Assembly (NCBI GenBank): GCA_016186645.1
Contig: JACPLF010000007.1
Span: 75,151 to 124,650, forward strand
DNA: 49,500 nt
Direction of reading: 5' to 3'
From: Candidatus Levyibacteriota bacterium
Lineage (GTDB): Bacteria; Patescibacteriota; Microgenomatia; Levybacterales; UBA12049
The notes beneath the pieces were generated by a model. The model was not told the DNA's origin and ran no database searches. It worked only from the letters and a program-made list of their open reading frames with translations. Positions 1 to 8,196 of this stretch are shown piece by piece (the stretch's first letter is position 1; the number at the start of each line of letters is the position of its first letter). Both the position numbers and the translations under genes were made by a program.

Positions 1-1746
1 TGGTACTGCCTGACATTGCATGTGAGTGCCCATGAGAGCTCTGTTGGTTTCATCATGAGAAACAAAAGGAATGAGAGATGCTGAAGTTCCGACAACCTGT
101 CTTGGAACTACGTCAACAAAATCGACTTTTTCTTTTTCAACTTCCATAAATCCACCCTGATATCTGACTGGAACTCTGTCTTGCACCAAAACATCATTTT
201 CCAAAGCGCCTGCATGAGTAATGTAATATTGTCTTTCGTCATCTGCGGCAAGGTAAATAACTTCATCTGTTGCTTTTACGATGCCTCTTTTTGATTTATC
301 AACTTTTCTGTATGGAGTTTCCAAGAATCCATGATCATTTACCTTGGAATACAAAGCCAAATAGGTAACCAAACCAATATTAGGTCCCTCAGGGCTTCTG
401 ATCGGGCAAATTCTTCCATACTGAGAGCTGTTGATGTCTCGGATTGAGAAGGCTGCACGCTCTCTTGAAATTCCGCCAGTTCCCATGACAGTCAAACGAT
501 TAAGGTTGTCAATTTCAGAAAGAGGATTTGTCTGATCCAATATGGTTGAAAGCTGAGATGTTCTGAAGAACTCATTAATTGAGGCCATAATTGGCCTTGC
601 ATTAATAAGTGCTCCGATAGATGGAGGGACATCAGGCTGAATAAGGCTCATTCTTTCCTTTATGCTTCTTTCAAGTCTTAATACTCCAACCCTGAATGCT
701 GTTGTAGCAACTAATTCCCCAACACGTCTTACTCTTCTATTTGCAAGGCTGTCAATATCATCAACACTCTCATATCCCTGAACAAGTCTAATAAGATAGC
801 TTATTGTCCCCAGAATATCTTCTCTTGTCAGAATATGAACGTCAGACTCTGTAAATCCAGTCATGTTTTTGAGTTTTTTATTAATTTTGTATCTTCCGAC
901 TCGTCCCAAGTCATAACGACGGGAATTAAAGAATAAACCATCAAAATTCTCTTTTACTTTTTCGAAAACAACCGGCTCTCCGGGGTGCATTTTTTTGAAT
1001 ATTTCTATGATTGCATCCTTGGATGTACCTGTTTCATCTTTTTGCAGAGTATTTTCTATGAAAGCAGTAACTTGCCCTGAGCGCGCCGAAGGGTCTGCTT
1101 CCAACTTCTTAAAAGATTCTTTTATGTCATCGTTCGAAGAAAATCCGATTGCTCTAAGGAATGTTGAGGCCAAGAATTTCCTTCTTCTGTCTATTTTGAC
1201 TGTTATTGTTTCGTGTCTGGTTGTGGCAAACTCAAGCCATGAACCATGAATTGGTCTTATTTCGGCTGTGTAGAGTTTTTTACCCGTAACATTGTCAAGT
1301 ACTGCTGTAAAAAATACCCCAGGAGATCTAACCAGCTGATTGACAACAGTTCTTTCTACTCCATTAATAATGAACGTTCCTCTGTCTGTCATCTGGGGAA
1401 TATCTCCCAAGAAGACTTCTTGTTCTATGGTGGCATTTGTTTTTTTGTTTGTGAGTGTGGTTTCTACGTAAAGTGGGGCATCGTACATGAGTCCTTTTGA
1501 TAAAGCGATTTCAGGGGAATTTGCAGGTTTGCCTATTCTGTATTTTTTGAATTCAAGTCTCCAGTTTTTTTCTGTAAAATCATCAATAGGAGAAATTTCT
1601 TTAATAATCTCACCAATTCCAACGTCTAGAAACCATTTGTAAGAGCTCTTCTGAACATCTAGAAGGTCTAGTTTTGGCAAGAAAGAGTATTCTTTTCCCC
1701 AGTTTTGTCGAGCAGTAGTATTAATTTTTTTATCGAGTTTAGCCAT
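1..1746 (-). CDS. rpoB: DNA-directed RNA polymerase beta subunit, 5' part (runs off the left window edge)
   Basis: Not in the ORF track; manual minus-strand translation from ATG at 1746 gives MAKLDKK...LLDVQKSSY...EVFLGDIPQMTDRGTFIINGVERTVVNQLVRSPG...DDIDSLANRRVRRVGE...LDQTNPLSEIDNLNR...GRICPIRSPEGPNIGLV...RALMGTHMQCQAVP, all RpoB motifs. Confidence 0.97.
   Translation of the reverse strand, partial: MAKLDKKINTTARQNWGKEYSFLPKLDLLDVQKSSYKWFLDVGIGEIIKEISPIDDFTEKNWRLEFKKYRIGKPANSPEIALSKGLMYDAPLYVETTLTNKKTNATIEQEVFLGDIPQMTDRGTFIINGVERTVVNQLVRSPGVFFTAVLDNVTGKKLYTAEIRPIHGSWLEFATTRHETITVKIDRRRKFLASTFLRAIGFSSNDDIKESFKKLEADPSARSGQVTAFIENTLQKDETGTSKDAIIEIFKKMHPGEPVVFEKVKENFDGLFFNSRRYDLGRVGRYKINKKLKNMTGFTESDVHILTREDILGTISYLIRLVQGYESVDDIDSLANRRVRRVGELVATTAFRVGVLRLERSIKERMSLIQPDVPPSIGALINARPIMASINEFFRTSQLSTILDQTNPLSEIDNLNRLTVMGTGGISRERAAFSIRDINSSQYGRICPIRSPEGPNIGLVTYLALYSKVNDHGFLETPYRKVDKSKRGIVKATDEVIYLAADDERQYYITHAGALENDVLVQDRVPVRYQGGFMEVEKEKVDFVDVVPRQVVGTSASLIPFVSHDETNRALMGTHMQCQAVP
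1071..1093. repeat. Palindromic repeat family A, in frame in rpoB (PSARSGQ)
   Basis: CTTGCCCTGAGCGCGCCGAAGGG; near-identical to 25668-25690. Confidence 0.85.
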
Positions 1747-1753
1747 CACCAAC

Positions 1754-1775
1754 AAAAAAAACGCACAGAGTGCAT
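1754..1775 (-). terminator. Terminator-like hairpin plus U-tract in the rpoB 5' leader (possible attenuator)
   Basis: Minus strand AUGCAC-UCU-GUGCGU followed by UUUUUUU, 7 nt before the ATG. Confidence 0.45.
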
Positions 1776-1809
1776 CACCCTAACAGGTTTTCGTTTATAG
1801 AGTAATAAA

Positions 1810-1839
1810 TTTATAACACACTTCTCTACCAAAAGTCAA
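1810..1839 (-). promoter_or_regulatory. Putative sigma70 promoter of rpoB
   Basis: TTGACT-N18-TATAAA with TG extended -10 on the minus strand. Confidence 0.55.
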
Positions 1840-1875
1840 GGGGTATTTGTAACTGTTATAATAGTTATAATTTTT

Positions 1876-2517
1876 ATGGATGCCCAACAAAAAGCCTTAA
1901 AAATCCTAATGACCCTAAAAGACTTATTTCCTACATCTAAAACAATATTAAATTATGTTACTCCTTTTGAGCTTTTGGTGGCCGTTATTTTATCTGCCAG
2001 AAATACGGATAAAAAAGTGAATGAGATTACGAGTAAACTTTTTAAAAAATATAAAACAATAAAGGATTACGCAAATGCAGATCTAAATGAGTTGGAAAAA
2101 GATTTGAATAAACTTGGACTATTCCGACAAAAAGCGAAGTTTATCAAAAATACTGCAAAAATAATTGATGAAAAGTATGGTGGTCAAATTCCAAAAACTA
2201 TGACTGAATTAATAGAACTTCCGGGAGTCGGACGCAAAACAGCAAATATTATTTTGGGAAATATTTATGGAATTGTAGAAGGGATTGCAGTCGACACCCA
2301 TGTCACAAGACTTGCCCGACTTTTCGGATTAACAAATAATAAAACTCCTGAAAAAATTGAACAAGACCTGATGAAACTTTTACCCAAAGAGGAATGGTTC
2401 AACTTCACAAACCGCATGATCGCCTATGGCCGCGCTTACTGCCCCGCCCACTGCAAACACCAAAATTGCCCATTGAAATTTTACATCACCATTAAAACTA
2501 CCCTTCATACTCTGTAG
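1876..2517 (+). CDS. nth: Endonuclease III (HhH-GPD DNA glycosylase/AP lyase)
   Basis: PFELLVAVILSA, HhH motif LPGVGRKTAN, IAVDTHV, C-terminal Cys cluster. Confidence 0.93.
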   Translation: MDAQQKALKILMTLKDLFPTSKTILNYVTPFELLVAVILSARNTDKKVNEITSKLFKKYKTIKDYANADLNELEKDLNKLGLFRQKAKFIKNTAKIIDEKYGGQIPKTMTELIELPGVGRKTANIILGNIYGIVEGIAVDTHVTRLARLFGLTNNKTPEKIEQDLMKLLPKEEWFNFTNRMIAYGRAYCPAHCKHQNCPLKFYITIKTTLHTL

Positions 2518-2525
2518 TATGGATT

Positions 2526-2549
2526 GTTCCGTTGTCTAGACAACGGAAC
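2526..2549. repeat. Perfect 24 bp palindrome between convergent genes
   Basis: GTTCCGTTGTCTAGACAACGGAAC is its own reverse complement. Confidence 0.9.
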
Positions 2550-2572
2550 TAAATAACAATCAACAAAACTCG

Positions 2573-2845
2573 CTAAGATTTTTCTTTTGCGGCGTTTTGA
2601 AAGAGGATGCTGTACATGAGCGCATCTTCGGCTAGTTTTTTATGGTCATCTTGCATTAAAACTTCATCCATTTTCAAAAGTAGATTTCGAAGATAAGGCT
2701 TAAGGCTTATGTTTTTCAACTCTTCTTTTCTTGCTTTTGCTTCCTCCGCAAACCGAGCAGCCATTGCTTCGGATCCCCGATAATACCCCTGCGCAACCCG
2801 CCGTAAGTCTAGAGCCAATGAACCAAGTGTCTGATTAACATTCAT
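2573..2845 (-). CDS. Small helical hypothetical protein coupled to the DUF5674 gene
   Basis: 90 aa ORF with an ATGA start/stop overlap with the upstream gene at 2842-2845. Confidence 0.7.
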   Translation of the reverse strand: MNVNQTLGSLALDLRRVAQGYYRGSEAMAARFAEEAKARKEELKNISLKPYLRNLLLKMDEVLMQDDHKKLAEDALMYSILFQNAAKEKS

Positions 2846-3177
2846 AATACTTCTGCAAAAAAATATTTAGTTAATTCTTCATATTTTTTCCTTATCGCTG
2901 GATCCTGAATTTCATTGCTCAAATTTTCGTTTGGTCTAATATTAATAAATGAATTATAATCAACCTGTTTTGTCTCGATGTCAATTCCACCACCCCAAAC
3001 ATCTGATTGGGATGAGCCTTGATTTAACAGAATTTTCTCTCCTTCAAAATGCCGATCCATCCCTGCAGAGCAAATTTTCTTTTCTACATCAATAACTGTT
3101 TTTATATAGACATCAAAAACTTCTTTTAATTTCTCTATTTCTTTTTTTGTATAGGGTTCTTTTTTCGTAATAATCAT
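2842..3177 (-). CDS. DUF5674-like family protein
   Basis: IKTVIDVEK...H.E.E..LL.QGS.Q.DVWGG...YNSFINIRP...EIQD pattern recognised from memory. Confidence 0.75.
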   Translation of the reverse strand: MIITKKEPYTKKEIEKLKEVFDVYIKTVIDVEKKICSAGMDRHFEGEKILLNQGSSQSDVWGGGIDIETKQVDYNSFINIRPNENLSNEIQDPAIRKKYEELTKYFFAEVL

Positions 3178-3225
3178 ACGACCATTCTACCATATGATTT
3201 TAGTCTGAGCCTTGTGTGATATAAT

Positions 3226-5067
3226 TTGAATACAATGACAGCACGGGATATTGTTGAAAAATATATTGCGTTTTTTGAGAAAAAGGGGCACAGGAGAATT
3301 CCTAATGCTCCTTTGGTTCCCCAGAATGATCCGACTACCTTATTTACAAGCTCTGGAATGCAGCCTTTGGTTCCCTATCTCTTGGGAGAAGAACACCCAA
3401 TGGGAAAAAAATTGGTAAACGTACAAAATTGTTTCCGGGCACAAGACATTGACGAAGTCGGAGATAACCGCCACACCACTTTTTTTAGAATGTTGGGAAA
3501 TTGGAGTCTTGGGGCTTATTTTAAGGAAGAACAACTGCATTTTTTCTGGGAGTTTTTAACTAAGGAGTTGGGACTATCAAAAGAAAGATTATATGTCAGT
3601 ATTTTCAATGGCTATAAGGGAGTTCCAAAAGATGTAGGCTCTCATAAGGTTTGGAAAGATTTAGGGCTACAAGAAGATCACATCTTTTTTTACGGAGCGG
3701 ACAAGAATTGGTGGTCTCGGGCGGGCACTCCAGAACAAATGCCGATTGGTGAAATTGGCGGCCCTGACAGTGAGGTTTTTTATGATTTTGGCGTACTTCT
3801 TCATGATCTTAGATATGGAAAGGAAAAAGAATGCGATCCTAATTGCGACTGTGGTAGATTTTTAGAAATTGGGAACTCTGTTTTTATGCAGTACCAAAAA
3901 CAGGAGGATGGATCCTTAAAAGAACTTTCTCAAAGAAATGTAGATTTTGGCGGAGGAGTTGAGCGTTTGATCGCAGCTACTGAAGATCAACAAGACATAT
4001 TTCAAACAGACCTCTTTGGTTCAATGGCTCAAACCATTGAACTGTTAACAAACAAAAAATATGAAGGAAATAAAAAAGAAATGAGGATTATAACTGATCA
4101 TTTTATCGCTTCTGTGTTTATAATTTCCCAGGGAATAATTCCATCCAACAAAGAACAAGGATATATTTTGCGAAGACTTATTCGCCGGGGCCTTGATCAT
4201 TTTGACAAACTTGGAGGAGCAGACCTTACTCCTATCCTTGAGAAAATTGTTGAACAATATAAAGATACCGATAAAGTTTTGACTGATAAATTCGAAGAAA
4301 TTAAAAATACAATTTTAGAAGAACAACAAAGATACAATCAAACTTTACAAACAGCTAAGCATTTTATTTTCAAAAAATACTCGCCTCGCGGCGAAGCGGG
4401 TAAAGTTGGAGACGAACTAAAGGGAGTAACTGAAATTTCAGCTGATGACGCATTTATTCTTTATACAACTCATGGTCTTTCTCCAACTCAAATAAAAAGT
4501 TTGGGTTTTGTTTTTAACAATCAGGAGTTTGCCGAGAAAATGAAAGCCCATCAAAATATTTCAAGAGCTGGGGCAAAGAAAAAATTTGCAGGAGGATTAG
4601 CGGATCATTCAGAAAAAACAATCATGGGACATACCGCGACTCATCTTCTGCATCAAGCATTAAGAGACGTTTTGGGAAACCACGTATTTCAAACTGGAAG
4701 CAATATCACATCGGAGCGAATCCGCTTTGATTTTAATTATGAAAAAGCCTTAACTCCAGATGAAATAAAAAAAGTAGAAAATATTGTTAATGAAAAAATT
4801 CTAGAAAATTTGCCTGTACATTTCGAAATGCTGCCACTCAAAAAAGCAAAAGAAATTGGAGCGATTGGACTTTTTGATGGAAAATATGAAGAAAAAGTTA
4901 AAATATATTTCATAGGTCCTTCGACTAGCTCAGGACGGCCGTACTCGGCCGAATTCTGCGGAGGCCCTCATGTTTCATTTACATCAGAGATAAAAAGTTT
5001 TAGAATAATTAAGCAGGAGAATATCGGAAAAGGGGTTAGAAGAATATATTCGAAAGTTGGAGAATAG
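3226..5067 (+). CDS. alaS: Alanine--tRNA ligase, short form lacking C-Ala (start probably ATG 3235)
   Basis: DPTTLFTSSGMQP, RHTTFFRMLGNWS, GYILRRLIRR; editing motifs HTATH and EFCGGPH. Confidence 0.96.
   Translation: MNTMTARDIVEKYIAFFEKKGHRRIPNAPLVPQNDPTTLFTSSGMQPLVPYLLGEEHPMGKKLVNVQNCFRAQDIDEVGDNRHTTFFRMLGNWSLGAYFKEEQLHFFWEFLTKELGLSKERLYVSIFNGYKGVPKDVGSHKVWKDLGLQEDHIFFYGADKNWWSRAGTPEQMPIGEIGGPDSEVFYDFGVLLHDLRYGKEKECDPNCDCGRFLEIGNSVFMQYQKQEDGSLKELSQRNVDFGGGVERLIAATEDQQDIFQTDLFGSMAQTIELLTNKKYEGNKKEMRIITDHFIASVFIISQGIIPSNKEQGYILRRLIRRGLDHFDKLGGADLTPILEKIVEQYKDTDKVLTDKFEEIKNTILEEQQRYNQTLQTAKHFIFKKYSPRGEAGKVGDELKGVTEISADDAFILYTTHGLSPTQIKSLGFVFNNQEFAEKMKAHQNISRAGAKKKFAGGLADHSEKTIMGHTATHLLHQALRDVLGNHVFQTGSNITSERIRFDFNYEKALTPDEIKKVENIVNEKILENLPVHFEMLPLKKAKEIGAIGLFDGKYEEKVKIYFIGPSTSSGRPYSAEFCGGPHVSFTSEIKSFRIIKQENIGKGVRRIYSKVGE
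4378..4402. repeat. GC-rich palindromic insert in alaS (YSPRGEAG)
   Basis: TACTCGC-CTCGCGGCGAA-GCGGGTA imperfect hairpin in an AT-rich context. Confidence 0.6.
4916..4936. repeat. Palindromic repeat family A, in frame in alaS (PSTSSGR)
   Basis: GTCCTTCGACTAGCTCAGGAC, placed just before the EFCGG editing motif. Confidence 0.8.
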
Positions 5068-5080
5068 ATTGCACAAAAAA

Positions 5081-5108
5081 CAATATAGCAATTTAGCAAT
5101 CGAGCAAT
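5081..5108. repeat. Intergenic 8-mer periodic repeat (nnAGCAAT)
   Basis: CAATATAGCAATTTAGCAATCGAGCAAT; same unit as 21928-21957. Confidence 0.7.
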
Positions 5109-5117
5109 GATTAAATT

Positions 5118-7379
5118 ATGAATCTGCCATTTATTAAAAATTTTAATAAAAAAGTTTTACCTTCTTATTTTTTGGTTTTGGTTTTAAGAGACGAAAAAGT
5201 AAGCGCTGTAATTTTTGAAGAAGAAGCAGGAATTGTTAAAATAGTAGGCCAAAAAGCGGAATATTTTTCTTCCTCAATTGATGAAGTTTCGGAAGAGGAA
5301 TTCTTGGACATTTTGGACAAAGCAATATCGCAGGCAGAGTCCGCACTTGCGGAAAATATTCAAACCCAAAAAACAATTTTTGGAGTTAAAGAGAGTTGGA
5401 CAGATCGGGATCAAATAAAAAAAGAGCACCTCGCAAAACTTAAAAAGGCAAGTGAAGAATTAGGACTAACCCCAATAGGATTTTTGGTAATCTCCCAAGC
5501 AATTGCCCATCTCTTAGCAAAAGAGGAAGGCGCTCCAATTTCAGCAGTTCTGACCGAAGTAAATAAAAAGTCCGTGACTGTTACTTTAGTTCGGGCCGGA
5601 AAAAGCATAGAGACAAAAAGTTCCGGAATTCACGATTCCATTCCTTTTACCGTAGACACTCTTTTGAAACATTTTAATGTTCCGGAGATTTTACCATCCA
5701 GAATTATAATATTTAACGGTAAAGAAGATTTAAGTCAGGAATTTATTTCACACACTTGGAGCAAAAGTCTTCCCTTTCTTCACCTTCCGCAAATAACAAA
5801 TTTGCCTCATGGCTTTGATGCAAAGGCAGTACTTTTCGGCGCAGCAATTCAAATGGGGTTTGAAGTTTTAAACACAGAGCACACAGAGGAGTCCACCGAA
5901 AACACGGAAGTGATAAGGCAACACAAGGACTCTTTGGGCTCTGTGGGCTCAATGGACAATTCAGTGCCTTCTGTGATGAAGGATTTTGGATTTGCTAAGG
6001 ATATGGACGTTGCAAGTATGCCTATTCCCCAACAGGAAGAATCTCAAGAAGAGTTAGAACCTATTAAAATCGGGACAATGGAAGAAAATTTACCTGTAAG
6101 AAAAACCTCAGGATCTACTAATATTCCAGCGTTAGCAAAAAGTATTTTAATTGTAATTTTAAGTTTGGTATTTGCGCTTCTTAGAAAAGTGAATGTCAAA
6201 AGTGCTTCATCAATATTTTCAAAAGTGCCAAAAGGCAAAGCAACATTCTTACTGTCCGCAGTTGCAATATTAATAATTGCTCTTATTGCATCTTATTTAT
6301 TATTTATAAAAGCAACAATTGCACTAACCATAGATCCTAAAATAACAGAACAAAATAAAGATATTTTGTTCTCAACTATCAATAGAACTGATCCGGAACA
6401 AAATACTATAAAAGGTAAGTTCGTGACTATATCTCAAAACGGAACAGTGTCAACTTCAACTACAGGGAAAAAAGATGTTGGCACAAATTCAAAAGGAGCA
6501 GTTACGATATTCAATACCCTACAGCAAAGTAAAACTTTTTCTGAAGGAACAATAATAACATCTTCCAACGGACTTAAATTCACCTTTGATTCTCAAGTGA
6601 CAGTGAAAGCTGTTGCTTCACGTTCTGCAGATGAACCACCACCTCCTTCTCAAACAGCTACTGTAAACGTAACTGCAAGTCAATTAGGTAAAGAGTCTAA
6701 CCTTCCATCCGGAACTAGATTTACTATTCCCAACTTTGACATAAGTGAAATAGTAGCCAAAAATGACAATCCTTTTAGTGGTGGAACAAAAAAAGAAGTG
6801 ACTGTTGTATCAAAGGCAGATTCAGACAAATTGGAAACTGAGCTTCCGAAGCAATTAGAAAATAAGGCAAAGGAGGCTTTGGAAAAACAAATAGGCAAAG
6901 ATAAAGTTCTGCTTCCTGTTTTCATTTCAAAATCAATAAGCAAAAAATCATTGAACGTTAAAGTTGGAGACGAAACAAATCAGTTGACTTTAACAGGAAC
7001 TGTAGAATTCAAAGGAATTTCTTATGACAAAAACCATCTAATAGCATTTAGCAAATCTCTTTTGGAAAAAGATGTTCCAGAGAATCAAAGAATAGACTAT
7101 AACAATATCAAAACCGCTGTATTGGATATAGAGGAGAAAAGCGATGAGGAAGTCGAAGCAAATCTAAATATCAAGGCTCTCCTTGTTCCAAAAATTGATG
7201 AAGCAAAATTAGCAAAAGAAGTGAGTGGAAAATCTTTTAAAGCAGCAGAAGATTTACTTTATAAATTACCTCAAATTTCCGATGTAGATATTTTCCTAAC
7301 TCCCAAGATTCCTTTTTTGCCAAAAAATTTACCAATAAGAGAAAAGAACATAAAAATTTTAATCAATATCGATGGTTAA
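5118..7379 (+). CDS. Membrane protein: N-terminal FtsA/PilM-like region, TM segment, C-terminal baseplate J/gp47-like region
   Basis: TM ~aa 375-397; C-terminal 'TGKKDVGTNSKGAVTIFN...GLKF...VTASQLGKESNLPSGT.F...FSGGT' pattern resembles baseplate-J-like CPR proteins; fold calls by eye only. Confidence 0.6.
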   Translation: MNLPFIKNFNKKVLPSYFLVLVLRDEKVSAVIFEEEAGIVKIVGQKAEYFSSSIDEVSEEEFLDILDKAISQAESALAENIQTQKTIFGVKESWTDRDQIKKEHLAKLKKASEELGLTPIGFLVISQAIAHLLAKEEGAPISAVLTEVNKKSVTVTLVRAGKSIETKSSGIHDSIPFTVDTLLKHFNVPEILPSRIIIFNGKEDLSQEFISHTWSKSLPFLHLPQITNLPHGFDAKAVLFGAAIQMGFEVLNTEHTEESTENTEVIRQHKDSLGSVGSMDNSVPSVMKDFGFAKDMDVASMPIPQQEESQEELEPIKIGTMEENLPVRKTSGSTNIPALAKSILIVILSLVFALLRKVNVKSASSIFSKVPKGKATFLLSAVAILIIALIASYLLFIKATIALTIDPKITEQNKDILFSTINRTDPEQNTIKGKFVTISQNGTVSTSTTGKKDVGTNSKGAVTIFNTLQQSKTFSEGTIITSSNGLKFTFDSQVTVKAVASRSADEPPPPSQTATVNVTASQLGKESNLPSGTRFTIPNFDISEIVAKNDNPFSGGTKKEVTVVSKADSDKLETELPKQLENKAKEALEKQIGKDKVLLPVFISKSISKKSLNVKVGDETNQLTLTGTVEFKGISYDKNHLIAFSKSLLEKDVPENQRIDYNNIKTAVLDIEEKSDEEVEANLNIKALLVPKIDEAKLAKEVSGKSFKAAEDLLYKLPQISDVDIFLTPKIPFLPKNLPIREKNIKILINIDG
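5871..5976. repeat. 9-mer periodic repeat with inverted arms, in frame in the 753 aa gene
   Basis: AACACAGAG CACACAGAG..TCCACCGAA AACACGGAA ... CTCTTTGGG CTCTGTGGG..TTCAGTGCC TTCTGTG; encodes NTEHTEESTENTE...SLGSVGS...SVPSV. Confidence 0.65.
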
Positions 7380-8082
7380 ATATTACTATTCTAAAAATGG
7401 AGATAAATTAAAAAGAAATCTTCGCCTGTTAAGCATTCTTTTTGTAGTAATCGGCGTTCTTATTATATCTTACGTTTTGTTCCCTATCATTTCTTGGCAG
7501 ATATATTTTCATCCGGCTTTCGCATCTCAAAATATAACTCCATCAATTCCCCGGGCAAATATTGTAGTAGCCAGTCTTATATCTCAAGCCGTAGATGGGA
7601 CCGACTACACTAGAGCAGAGAATTGGTTTCCTGAATTTAACCCAGACAATAAACAAATTCAAAATGATACTCCTTTTTATACTATTTCCATTCCGAAAAT
7701 AAATATAGAAGAAGCAATTGTCTCAACTGTTGATACTGACTTAACCAAACATTTAGTAAACTTCCGAGGAACAGGTATCCCCCCCCAAAATGGCAATGCT
7801 GTTATCTTTGGCCACTCTACTTTACCCCAGTTGTTTAATGTAAAAGACTATAAAACAATTTTTGCCAATGCTTATAAACTTAAAAACGGAGATAATATTT
7901 ATGCTTCTATAAAAGGAGTGAAATATTCATATAAAATATTTAAGATCGTAATTGTAGATCCTTCTGATAGTTCGGCTCTGGTTCAAGACTACGATAATTC
8001 CTATTTGACTCTTGTGACATGTACTCCGCCCGGAACTATCTGGAAGCGCCTAATCGTAAAATCAAGATTAGAAAAAATATAA
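7372..8082 (+). CDS. Sortase (class D/E-like)
   Basis: N-terminal TM, GNAVIFGHS, LTLVTCTPPG and downstream Arg (His-Cys-Arg triad). Confidence 0.9.
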   Translation: MVKYYYSKNGDKLKRNLRLLSILFVVIGVLIISYVLFPIISWQIYFHPAFASQNITPSIPRANIVVASLISQAVDGTDYTRAENWFPEFNPDNKQIQNDTPFYTISIPKINIEEAIVSTVDTDLTKHLVNFRGTGIPPQNGNAVIFGHSTLPQLFNVKDYKTIFANAYKLKNGDNIYASIKGVKYSYKIFKIVIVDPSDSSALVQDYDNSYLTLVTCTPPGTIWKRLIVKSRLEKI

Positions 8083-8196
8083 ACATGGAAAAGAATCATC
8101 CTGTCATTTATAGATTTATTAACAACTTACTTTATTTTATTCTGTCTTCATTTAAAAGCGCTGTCTCGTTGATATTCAAACAAATAAAACAATAAT

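Noticed and set aside
995-1500. Two 84 aa plus-strand ORFs
   Set aside because: Antisense shadows of rpoB
5118-7379. Prophage or contractile injection system
   Set aside because: A single baseplate-like gene with no sheath, tube, terminase or integrase nearby
8085-8152. Tiny ORF MEKNHPVIY... between the sortase and AMP phosphorylase genes
   Set aside because: About 22 codons with no motif or other support
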